64,000 nt of DNA from Dehalococcoidia bacterium (GTDB lineage Bacteria > Chloroflexota > Dehalococcoidia > Lucifugimonadales > UBA3495): contig OZ244112.1 in the NCBI GenBank assembly GCA_965215675.1, forward strand, positions 2,994,352 through 3,058,351, given 5' to 3'. Position numbers and translations under genes: made by a program. Below, piece after piece: positions 1 through 7,627 of this stretch (position 1 is the first letter of the stretch; the number at the start of each line of letters is the position of its first letter). The notes below the pieces were generated by a model. The model was not told the DNA's origin. It ran no database searches and worked only from the letters and a program-made list of their open reading frames with translations.

Positions 1-1091
1 AGGGTCGACAGAGCGCATGCGGCCGTTACTCCCAGGCACAAATACCCGATGCCCTCGAAGCCTGTGCTGGCCAGCAAGATGCCCGCAAGGGCGGCCCCGA
101 ACACACCTCCACCCTGGTTACTCAAGCCCATCAGACCAACACCCGTAGCCCTGGATTCACCGGAATACAACGTGCTGATTGCTACCAGAGTGGGGAAAGT
201 CACACTGAGCAGTCCCGCCCCAATAGTTGCTACAGCCACCGCCGCCCATAGCGGCAGGTCCACAGAGAAGAACAGCAATCCGCAGGTGCCGCCCAGCAGA
301 GACACCCCGGCGATTAAGGCGTAACGATATCGGTTTCTAGCCAACACCCCCGTAGCATAACTCCCCGCCACCTGGCCCATGGCCAAGATAGCCAGTGGCA
401 GGGCCACATAGCCTACGCTCACCTCGTACTTGCCAATCAAGTATGCGGCGAAATAACTCACAATTGCCCAGAACGCAATACGATGGGTTATGTTCACCAA
501 GGCCGCCACCCGGAAGAAACGCAGGGACAGCAGCGACCAGAGTCTGGAGAAGAACGCGAAGTTGCGCACCCGTTCCCTGCTGTCAGCCGGGAACCAGAGC
601 CAGTTGGCCAAGAGTCCCGCGACGAGCATCAGGCCGGGGATCAGAACGGCAAATCTCCACCCTCCCCTGTCCGCCAGCAAGGCGATTACAGGGACGCTTA
701 TGGCCGACGACATCACGTTGATAGCCATGAGGCCCCCAACTGCCTGAGCCCGCTTCTGTGGGGAAATAACCTCAGACAGTGCTGCTATCGCGTTGGGCGG
801 CAGCATGCCACCTCCGAGACCAGTCGCCACTCTCAGCACCATCAGCAACTCGAAACTCGGAGCGAAAGCAGTCGCCATGACTGAAACGGAGAGCAGCAGC
901 AGACCCGCCAGCATAACCGGTCGCCGTCCGAAGGAATCGGACAGTGGACCCACCGAGACCACAGACACGGCCCATGCGGCGAAAGTGGCGGTGGCGAGTT
1001 GACCTGCCACCGGTACGGATATTTCGAAATCTCCCGCGATGTCCACCAACAAGGGTGGAATAATCAAAGCGGCGCTTTGAGCGGAGAACAC
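1..1091 (-). CDS. MFS transporter (partial; C-terminus runs off the left edge)
   Basis: Absent from the ORF track because it has no stop inside the window. My reverse-complement translation of 1-1133 is one open, very hydrophobic frame (..FFTILSFAVFSAQSAALIIPPLLVDIAGDF..GPLSDSFGRRPVMLAGLLLL..RVATGLGGG..) with the MFS D-x-x-G-R-R loop. The first canonical in-frame start is GTG at 1091. TM1-like sequence continues upstream to about 1133 without ATG/GTG/TTG, so the start is unresolved. Confidence 0.75.
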   Translation of the reverse strand, partial: MFSAQSAALIIPPLLVDIAGDFEISVPVAGQLATATFAAWAVSVVSVGPLSDSFGRRPVMLAGLLLLSVSVMATAFAPSFELLMVLRVATGLGGGMLPPNAIAALSEVISPQKRAQAVGGLMAINVMSSAISVPVIALLADRGGWRFAVLIPGLMLVAGLLANWLWFPADSRERVRNFAFFSRLWSLLSLRFFRVAALVNITHRIAFWAIVSYFAAYLIGKYEVSVGYVALPLAILAMGQVAGSYATGVLARNRYRYALIAGVSLLGGTCGLLFFSVDLPLWAAVAVATIGAGLLSVTFPTLVAISTLYSGESRATGVGLMGLSNQGGGVFGAALAGILLASTGFEGIGYLCLGVTAACALST

Positions 1092-1141
1092 AGCAAACGA
1101 GAGGATGGTAAAGAACCGGGCCTTGTTTACCTCTTTGTGTT

Positions 1142-1885
1142 CTAACTCTTCAGTTCGGGGGCCGATGTTGCTTTTTCCTCTTTCAACATAGCCGCTACTA
1201 TTGATTCCAGCTGTTCACGCTCAATGGCACCGGTCCAACTGCTGAAAACCTCGCCCTCAGCGGTGATGAAAATCGTGGTGGGCATCGCCCTGACCTCGTA
1301 GTCTCTGACGACCTGTCCGTCGTCGGTGAAGCCTGCGGGGTAGGTGATTCCCAGTGCGTCAAGCAGCTTGCTGGCGTCCTTTGGCAAGCCGAGCCCAGTA
1401 AACTGTCCCAAGTCGATCCCCAAGAGCTGCACTCTGTCTCCGTATTGTTCATAAAAGTCCTGCAATTCCGGCATTTCCGACCAGCAAGGACCGCAGAAAC
1501 GCGCCCAGAAATTCAGCACGAGGGGTTGGCCAGTTACGTCCGAAAGCCTAAGTTCCTCTGCTCCCAGAATATCAGCGCCTTGAAACAACTTGATCTCAAA
1601 GTCAGGGGCTACGGAACCCTGCAACTGCGCTGCAGGCGCGGACTCCGCGGCAACGGTGGAATCTGGAGCTGCCGTGAGGGCAATTGTGGGCGACGGCACG
1701 GGAGTCGCAGTGGGCAGTGCAGCACTGGTTGGGTCAGGCTCAAGGGTTGGACCGGGAGTATAGGCGGGAGCATTCTGACCGCTGCAAGTTGCGGCAAATG
1801 CGGAAAGAAAGAGTCCAACCACCAGAACCTTACCCAGAGAATCTCCCTTGCGTATTACATACAAAGAAAACGCGGAGAGTTTCAC
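1142..1885 (-). CDS. TlpA/ResA-like thiol-disulfide oxidoreductase (thioredoxin fold), exported
   Basis: 247-aa ORF with an N-terminal hydrophobic signal/anchor and a Pro/Thr/Ala linker. The redoxin domain carries FWARFCGPCWSEMPEL (CxxC). Confidence 0.8.
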   Translation of the reverse strand: MKLSAFSLYVIRKGDSLGKVLVVGLFLSAFAATCSGQNAPAYTPGPTLEPDPTSAALPTATPVPSPTIALTAAPDSTVAAESAPAAQLQGSVAPDFEIKLFQGADILGAEELRLSDVTGQPLVLNFWARFCGPCWSEMPELQDFYEQYGDRVQLLGIDLGQFTGLGLPKDASKLLDALGITYPAGFTDDGQVVRDYEVRAMPTTIFITAEGEVFSSWTGAIEREQLESIVAAMLKEEKATSAPELKS

Positions 1886-1949
1886 GACTGCGATTCCCTC
1901 CGCGCTCTCAAAAGATTCCTGTATTACGGCCTACGGGCGGGCAGGCGGT

Positions 1950-3353
1950 TTAGTTCTTTATTAATGTACCGTCTGCCTCAATGGTAATGCCAACGACGGG
2001 AGCGATAGCGTTGTTGAACACCTCGACAAACGGAGCGTCGGGTCCTCCCACTCGGTCGACCCAGTTGGGCACCACTTGGGTCAGCACCGCGTTGTCGCTG
2101 AGTGCTCGCATTTCCGGACCGAATTCAATATACGTCAACCCGGCGTCGATATTTTTCTGAAGGCCTAGTTCGTTTTGAATGGAACCAAGCCGGAGGGCCT
2201 CCAGCTCCATCTTGGCGGACTCTTCTTTCCAGATCTCCTGGAGGTCGGTCGGTATCGACTCCCAGACTTCCTGGTTGACCACGTTGTGGCTGGAAGGCCA
2301 CGATGAGAGCGGCCCGTTGATGTAGCTGATTACCTCGTACCAGCGCTGGCTGTGTCCGGCGTCGCCGCCGGTCACGCCTGCCTCGAGAATGCCGCGTTCC
2401 AGCGCCGTATACACTTCGGAGAAGGCCACGAACTGCGGCTCGCCACCCATTCCAGCGATCCAGTCGGATATGGACGTCCCAAAGGCCCGGGTCTTCATTC
2501 CCACCACGTCTTCGGGCAGGTTCAGGGGTTCTTTGGTGAACAGAAAGATGTCATCCCCATTGTGCCAGTTGACGTTGATGGGATACCCGCCTGTGTCATC
2601 GATCAAAAGCTGTTCAATGTCCGGCAGCATGGTGGCGGTTGCATCGAACTGTTGCGACCTCTCAGTATACAGGCCAAAGAGGTACTGAATCTCCAGCTGC
2701 GGCAGATCGCCAGCAACGTAGGGCCCCAGCACATTGACCATATCCAGTGTGCCGTCCCGCACCAGATTCAGGGTGTCGGGGCCGGCTACGCCCAACTCCG
2801 GAAACGACGTGGACTCGATCACGAGCTTGCCATTGGTCCGTTCTGTCAGCCTATCAATGAGGAACGTATCAACGATCTTGCAGAACACGATGGACCGGTT
2901 CACGCACGCATTCTGGATGACGAAGGGTTCTCCGTCGTAGGTCAACGGCGTCGGGTCGGTGAATTTGGCTCGTTCTAAAACGCTCTGGTAGTAGTCCGAG
3001 TCATAGACATACAGGTGCTTCTCCAAGGCGTCGAGCGGGACGTTGCCGTCGGCGTCGCCTTCCTCGGGCGTCGGGGCAGGGCCCACCAACATGCTGAGGT
3101 CTCCCACATAAATGGCGCCCGACTTGTTGGCCCGCTCAGCGGCGATAGCCAGCAACTCCGGACTGTAATCGCCCTCCATCTGCGCGGGGGCCCCCGTTGC
3201 CGGGGCCTGCGTTGGGGCGACGGTTGGCGCTTCGGTGGGTGCCGCTATAGGCGCCGTCGTTGCCGTCGGCGGCGCGGAAGTTGCAGCCTCGCCACATGCC
3301 AGAGCAAACGTTGCTACGATTACCAGTAATACCATGAGGGATAGTGTCCGCAT
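1950..3353 (-). CDS. TRAP-type transporter solute-binding lipoprotein (DctP family), paralog 1
   Basis: 467-aa ORF with lipobox FALAC and a long A/P/T-rich tether. The DctP-like core includes MKTRAF..FSEVYTALERGILEAGVTG..RWYEV. It is clearly homologous by eye to 16799..18031 and 53880..55493. Confidence 0.75.
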   Translation of the reverse strand: MRTLSLMVLLVIVATFALACGEAATSAPPTATTAPIAAPTEAPTVAPTQAPATGAPAQMEGDYSPELLAIAAERANKSGAIYVGDLSMLVGPAPTPEEGDADGNVPLDALEKHLYVYDSDYYQSVLERAKFTDPTPLTYDGEPFVIQNACVNRSIVFCKIVDTFLIDRLTERTNGKLVIESTSFPELGVAGPDTLNLVRDGTLDMVNVLGPYVAGDLPQLEIQYLFGLYTERSQQFDATATMLPDIEQLLIDDTGGYPINVNWHNGDDIFLFTKEPLNLPEDVVGMKTRAFGTSISDWIAGMGGEPQFVAFSEVYTALERGILEAGVTGGDAGHSQRWYEVISYINGPLSSWPSSHNVVNQEVWESIPTDLQEIWKEESAKMELEALRLGSIQNELGLQKNIDAGLTYIEFGPEMRALSDNAVLTQVVPNWVDRVGGPDAPFVEVFNNAIAPVVGITIEADGTLIKN

Positions 3354-3531
3354 TTAGACGCTCCTATGTCCAGATACCGTTTATCATTGCAATGAAAACA
3401 CAAACATAGATAGCTTTCCTCGCAATCAAGGCGGGATTATAGGTACAGCCCGCCGAATCGTCAACGGCCAAGCTGCAATACTCAGCAAGCAGGGTATGCG
3501 GAACTACCAGGGTCGCAGCAATTGCAGAGAG

Positions 3532-4149
3532 CTACGGAAAACTCCATTGAAATGGAGCGTAGTGGCCGTTTTTGCCGGTGTTGTCCCAGACCATGCCGTG
3601 GTCGGTGTACTCGGCGCGAACGCCGCGGGCCAAGTACAGGTCGCGGTTGACCCCGTGCCCGGTGTTGGACAACAGCATAGCGTCGTCCCGGCCTGGGATC
3701 TGGATCGGCTCGACACTGAAATCCATCACGCCCGGGACGTTCACCGAATGGACCTTGCCCTCAACCCGAAAGTCGATGGGTACGTAGCCAATGCCCATAA
3801 AGTTCTCGGTCATGGCGCGCCACCGTTCGGCAGGTCCGCCCATATCGCCCGACAGGATCTGCTCCAGCGCCGCCCTCTGCGACTCGTCGGCCCCCTCGTC
3901 TATGTACAGGGCCGAAGTCCAACCGCCGGCCGCCATCGGGCCCGGCGTGAAGTTGGCGGCAATGAAGTTCAGGCCATCGAGCGACACGCCGTTCAAATCG
4001 CCCTGCTCGATGTGGAATGCGAGGGCAACGTCGCAGTGACCCTCGGTGGGTTCGATGTTGGTTCCCCGAACGATGCAGGGACAGAGGATCTCGCAGTTGC
4101 AACTTTCGAAGTATTCGCCCTTGAGGTTCCAGCGACTGTCGGCTGCCAT
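3532..4149 (-). CDS. DUF1326 family protein
   Basis: N-terminus WNLKGEYFESCNCEILCPC matches the DUF1326 hallmark (W.L.G.Y.E.C.C...CPC). Internal ATG at 4149 (MAADSRW) is preferred over 4179 because of family length and a G-rich SD. Confidence 0.7.
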   Translation of the reverse strand: MAADSRWNLKGEYFESCNCEILCPCIVRGTNIEPTEGHCDVALAFHIEQGDLNGVSLDGLNFIAANFTPGPMAAGGWTSALYIDEGADESQRAALEQILSGDMGGPAERWRAMTENFMGIGYVPIDFRVEGKVHSVNVPGVMDFSVEPIQIPGRDDAMLLSNTGHGVNRDLYLARGVRAEYTDHGMVWDNTGKNGHYAPFQWSFP

Positions 4150-4240
4150 GTCTGCACCCCCGTGAATAGATGGGCGCATTGTAAACCATCACGTTAAATG
4201 GGGTCAGCGACCGGGAATACCGGGCTCTTTTTCAGTAACA

Positions 4241-4400
4241 AGTGGGAAAGAAATGTCCCACCGCTGTCCCATTTTGTCCCATTTTCCCCGCCGGCCGGCG
4301 GGGAATTCGCTGGAATTAAAGCTGAAAGACCGTCCCTCAAATGCGGTGGGACAAAAATTTTCTGTTTCCCGCCCCATTTTGTCCCATTTCTGCTTTCGGG
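4241..4400. repeat. Bipartite phased A/T-tract module with AAAATTTT core (copy A1)
   Basis: TGTCCCA boxes at 4254, 4265, 4275 and 4380 (direct) and TGGGACA at 4347 (inverted). Perfect GC palindrome CCCCGCCGGCCGGCGGGG at 4286-4303, and AAAAATTTT at 4353-4361. Homologous by eye to 40001-40135; its right half is homologous to 10378-10432 and 10891-10953. Confidence 0.6.
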
Positions 4401-4536
4401 CTTTTTTGCGGGTTTTTCAGTGTATTTAACCCGTTGCCCCAGAGGACATCCCTTGATCAGAGGGCCAACTGTAATAGAACATATACTCTTAAATAGAGTA
4501 CAGGGGATCATGCGGTCTGACAAGGGGGGAACGTCA

Positions 4537-4710
4537 CAGGGCGATCGTGTCCTAATTCTCAGCGCACAAAATTGGTCTGAATGGCGGTGGAGATGAGAGT
4601 GGCAGTGCCTCCTTCGGCTACGGGTGCGAGGGTAGACGGGGGTCTGGATTCCCGCCTGCGCGGCAATGACGACTTATAGGGCCTCCGGCGTTTAAGACGC
4701 GATTGCCCTG
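4537..4710. mobile_element. MITE-like 174-bp element, copy 1 (15-bp terminal inverted repeats, flanked by CGTCA)
   Basis: Left end is CAGGGCGATCGTGTC (4537-4551) and right end is GACGCGATTGCCCTG (4696-4710), which are near-perfect reverse complements. CGTCA lies immediately on both sides (4532-4536 and 4711-4715). An internal GGATTCCCGCCTGCGCGGCAATGAC hairpin sits at 4646-4670. Confidence 0.6.
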
Positions 4711-4715
4711 CGTCA

Positions 4716-4889
4716 CAGGGTAATCGCGTCTTATTACTCAGCACACGAAATTGGTCTGAATGGCGGTGGAGATGGGAGTGGCAGTGCCTCCTTCGGTTCC
4801 GGGTGTGAGGGTAGACGGGGGTTTGGATTCCCGCCTGCGCGGCAATGACGACTTATAGGGCCTCCGGCGTTTAAGACGCGATTGCCCTG
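4716..4889. mobile_element. MITE-like 174-bp element, copy 2 (tandem with copy 1, period 179 bp)
   Basis: Left end is CAGGGTAATCGCGTC (4716-4730) and right end is GACGCGATTGCCCTG (4875-4889). It is near-identical to copy 1 along its length, with a few substitutions. The internal hairpin is at 4825-4849. Confidence 0.6.
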
Positions 4890-5057
4890 GGGAGCGTCAC
4901 CAAATTGGCCCTGACGCACCCACTTGCGATGGAGGGGTTACTTCATTGCTATTGGACGATTCCGGGCAACCCGGTCCCACTGAATTCACGGGTACTGCGG
5001 AGGCATTACAATACGCGAACACAATAGGGCTACATTGAACGACGGGGGGCAAGAGGC

Positions 5058-5807
5058 ATGAGACTGGAAGGCAAGGTCGCGCTCATCAGCGGCGGGGCGA
5101 GAGGAATGGGGGCCACGGAGGCAAGGATGTTCGCGCAGGAGGGAGCGAAGGTCATTATTGGCGACGTCCTGGATGAGGAAGGTCGACAGACTGAGGCAGC
5201 CATCAATGAGAGCGGCGGAGAGTGCGTGTTCGTGAGGTTGGACGTGACCGACGAATCCGCTTGGGAATCGGCAGTCGAAACGGCGGTGAGCCGCTTTGGC
5301 AAGCTGGACATCCTAGTGAACAACGCTGGCATCGGCATCGTGAACAACGTGGAAGACACTAGCGGCGACGAGTGGGACCGGGTGATGGACATCAATGCCA
5401 AGGGGGTCTTCCTGGGAACAAAGGCGGCCATACCGGCGATGCGGGATGCGGGCGGCGGCTCGATCGTCAACATCTCATCCATCGCAGGGATCGTGGGCGG
5501 TCGAACCTCCTCCTATGCCGCCAGCAAAGGCGCCGTTCGGCTGCTCACCAAGTCCACGGCCATCCAGTATGCCCGCGAAGGCATCCGCTGCAACTCGGTG
5601 CACCCTGGAGTCATCGATACGCCGATGACGCAGCCCATGATGCTGAACAGCGCAGCCGGTCGCGAAGAGAACGCGGCCCGGCACCCCATGAATCGCATCG
5701 GCCAGCCGGAGGACATTGCCTTCGGCGTCCTGTTCCTGGCGTCGGACGAGGCGTCGTTCATGACCGGCAGCGAGCTGGTGATTGACGGCGGTCTTACCGC
5801 GCAGTAG
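5058..5807 (+). CDS. SDR family NAD(P)-dependent oxidoreductase (3-alpha/20-beta-hydroxysteroid or glucose dehydrogenase-like)
   Basis: GKVALISGGARGMG cofactor motif, NNAGI, and the YAASKGAV catalytic Y-x3-K. 249 aa. Confidence 0.9.
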   Translation: MRLEGKVALISGGARGMGATEARMFAQEGAKVIIGDVLDEEGRQTEAAINESGGECVFVRLDVTDESAWESAVETAVSRFGKLDILVNNAGIGIVNNVEDTSGDEWDRVMDINAKGVFLGTKAAIPAMRDAGGGSIVNISSIAGIVGGRTSSYAASKGAVRLLTKSTAIQYAREGIRCNSVHPGVIDTPMTQPMMLNSAAGREENAARHPMNRIGQPEDIAFGVLFLASDEASFMTGSELVIDGGLTAQ

Positions 5808-5929
5808 CCCGGTCGCTTTGCCGAGCATCGCAGGGAAGGCTGCGGGTGGGCGTTCCCGACCATGTCCAACGAGTGCCCGGTCCAATGAATGAACCGCGAT
5901 CCTGAGATACATCCAGAGAGGGATTAGCT

Positions 5930-6517
5930 ATGACAACTTCAAGTCCCATTGATCCGAATCGCCTGTTGCTCACTGGAGAGAACCCATATATCCGTCTCAG
6001 CGCCACCGACGACGGACCGGTCACCAGCGATGCCAGCTTCTGGCGCATCCTGTTCTCGCCGGGCGGGCCGGGGCACGTTCTTTTCCTACAGAGCGAGCTG
6101 ACCAACAACGAGCCAAGGATCTACACCGACAACATCCAGATGACCGGATGGCTGCAGGGCGAGATCCAAGGTCGGATCAACGCGACCTTCGGCAACCTGG
6201 AGATCCCGGCGACAGAGGCGAGCTTCCGGAGTTCGGGGGACCTGCGCTCGTTCTGGACGGAGTCGGCGAGCGCTCGTGGTGAGGACATCGCCCTGACGTG
6301 GTACGACCTTGGCGAACCGTTCATGAGCCACAGCTTCCCCGGCTCCAACCCGGAACGGCCTCACGGTGTAGCCACGATACTGATCCCGGCGAACGGGGCG
6401 CGAATCACTTTGAACGGTCAGCAGGCGTCGGGGCGGCCCTGGCCTCGGCAGCGCGACGCCCGTGCCCACAGCACCAGCGCGCTGGCCTTCTCAGAGTCCT
6501 GGACGATACCTTACTGA
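5930..6517 (+). CDS. hypothetical protein
   Basis: 195-aa ORF in which I recognise no motif. Composition resembles its neighbours, and it is followed by a GC hairpin at 6546-6567. Confidence 0.45.
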   Translation: MTTSSPIDPNRLLLTGENPYIRLSATDDGPVTSDASFWRILFSPGGPGHVLFLQSELTNNEPRIYTDNIQMTGWLQGEIQGRINATFGNLEIPATEASFRSSGDLRSFWTESASARGEDIALTWYDLGEPFMSHSFPGSNPERPHGVATILIPANGARITLNGQQASGRPWPRQRDARAHSTSALAFSESWTIPY

Positions 6518-6545
6518 CGGGCTGGGGAGTCCGGCTACTGATTGA

Positions 6546-6567
6546 GGGGCGCCTTCACCGGCGCCCC
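6546..6567. terminator. GC-rich hairpin between convergent genes (putative bidirectional terminator)
   Basis: GGGGCGCC-ttcacc-GGCGCCCC, a perfect 8-bp stem. It lies between the stop of 5930..6517 (+) and the stop of 6633..7589 (-). Confidence 0.5.
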
Positions 6568-6580
6568 TTGTACTTCCCTA

Positions 6581-6649
6581 TCCGACTTATCCGAGCAGCT
6601 TGATCCGACTTGTCCGAACAGCTTGATCCGACTTATCCGAGCAGCTTGC
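6581..6649. repeat. 23-bp tandem repeat x3 that includes the stop codon and last codons of the epimerase-family gene
   Basis: TCCGACTTATCCGAGCAGCTTGA (6581-6603), TCCGACTTGTCCGAACAGCTTGA (6604-6626), TCCGACTTATCCGAGCAGCTTGC (6627-6649). The third copy encodes ..RKLLG-stop on the minus strand. Confidence 0.85.
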
Positions 6650-7589
6650 GGGAGAGGTTCTCGTACATGTCGTCGACCATGGCCTCGAGGCCGTAGTCGG
6701 GACGCCAATCCCACTCCTGGCGGGCCACGGAGTCGTCGAGGGAGTTGGGCCAAGAGTCGGCGATGTACTGGCGCAGAGGGTCGACGTCGTAGTCCATTTC
6801 GAATCCCGGCATCCGCCGTCGGATAGCTTCGGCGAGCTCTGTGGGCTCGAAGCTCATGGAGTTGACGTTGTAATCGGCGTGGTGTTTGAGGCCGTCGACA
6901 TCGGCCTCGGCTACTTCGATCAGCGCCTTGATGGCGTCGGGGACGTACATCATTGGCAGGTAGGTGCCGGGGCGCAGATAGCAGGTGTAGCGGCCCTCCC
7001 TGATGGCTCCGTAGAAGGCGTCGACGGCGTAGTCGGTGGTGCCGCCGCCGGGCTCCACTTTCCAGCTGACCACGCCGGGGAGGCGGACGCCGCGGACGTC
7101 CAAGCCAACTCGCTCGAAGAAGTAGTTGCCCATCAGCTCGCCGAAGACCTTGGAGATACCGTACAGCGAGGTGGGCCGCTGCAGGGTCTCGTTGGGGGTG
7201 CTGTCGTGGGGGGTGTCGATGCCGAAGGCGGCTATGGAGCTGGGGATGACCACCCGCTCCAGGCCGGTGTCGCAGGCCGCCTCGAGGACGTTGAGCAGGC
7301 CGATGATGTTCACTCGATGGGCGAGCGGGCGGTTGGCTTCGGCGGCCACCGACAGCAGCGAGCCGAGGTGGTAGAGAGAGTCGATGTCGTAGTCGCGGAT
7401 GGCGCGTTCGACCGAGTCCTGCTCAGTCGCGTCAACCTGGGTGAAAGGACCGGAGTCCGCGACCTCCTCGGTCAAGGGACTGCGGTGCATGGCGGCGACG
7501 ACGTTGTCGCTGCCGTACCGCTCCCGCAGGGCGGGTATCAACTCGGAACCAAGCTGTCCGGCGGCGCCGGTGACCAGTATCCGTCTCAT
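6633..7589 (-). CDS. NAD-dependent epimerase/dehydratase family protein (short-chain L-threonine 3-dehydrogenase-like)
   Basis: MRRILVTGAAGQLGSELIPALRERYG.. N-terminal Rossmann motif, with extended-SDR YGISK (Y-x3-K). ATG at 7589 is preferred to the TTG at 7625 listed in the track. Confidence 0.8.
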   Translation of the reverse strand: MRRILVTGAAGQLGSELIPALRERYGSDNVVAAMHRSPLTEEVADSGPFTQVDATEQDSVERAIRDYDIDSLYHLGSLLSVAAEANRPLAHRVNIIGLLNVLEAACDTGLERVVIPSSIAAFGIDTPHDSTPNETLQRPTSLYGISKVFGELMGNYFFERVGLDVRGVRLPGVVSWKVEPGGGTTDYAVDAFYGAIREGRYTCYLRPGTYLPMMYVPDAIKALIEVAEADVDGLKHHADYNVNSMSFEPTELAEAIRRRMPGFEMDYDVDPLRQYIADSWPNSLDDSVARQEWDWRPDYGLEAMVDDMYENLSRKLLG

Positions 7590-7627
7590 TGGATTAGAAT
7601 AGCGGCATCTCGGCAGGAGGGGCAAGG

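Noticed and set aside
4194-4523. 109-aa minus-strand ORF and 4198..4596 plus-strand ORF in the DUF1326 upstream region.
   Set aside because: Both are read through the phased A/T-tract repeat (NGTKW.. strings arise from the repeated AATGGGACAAAATGG words). There is no SD and no domain.
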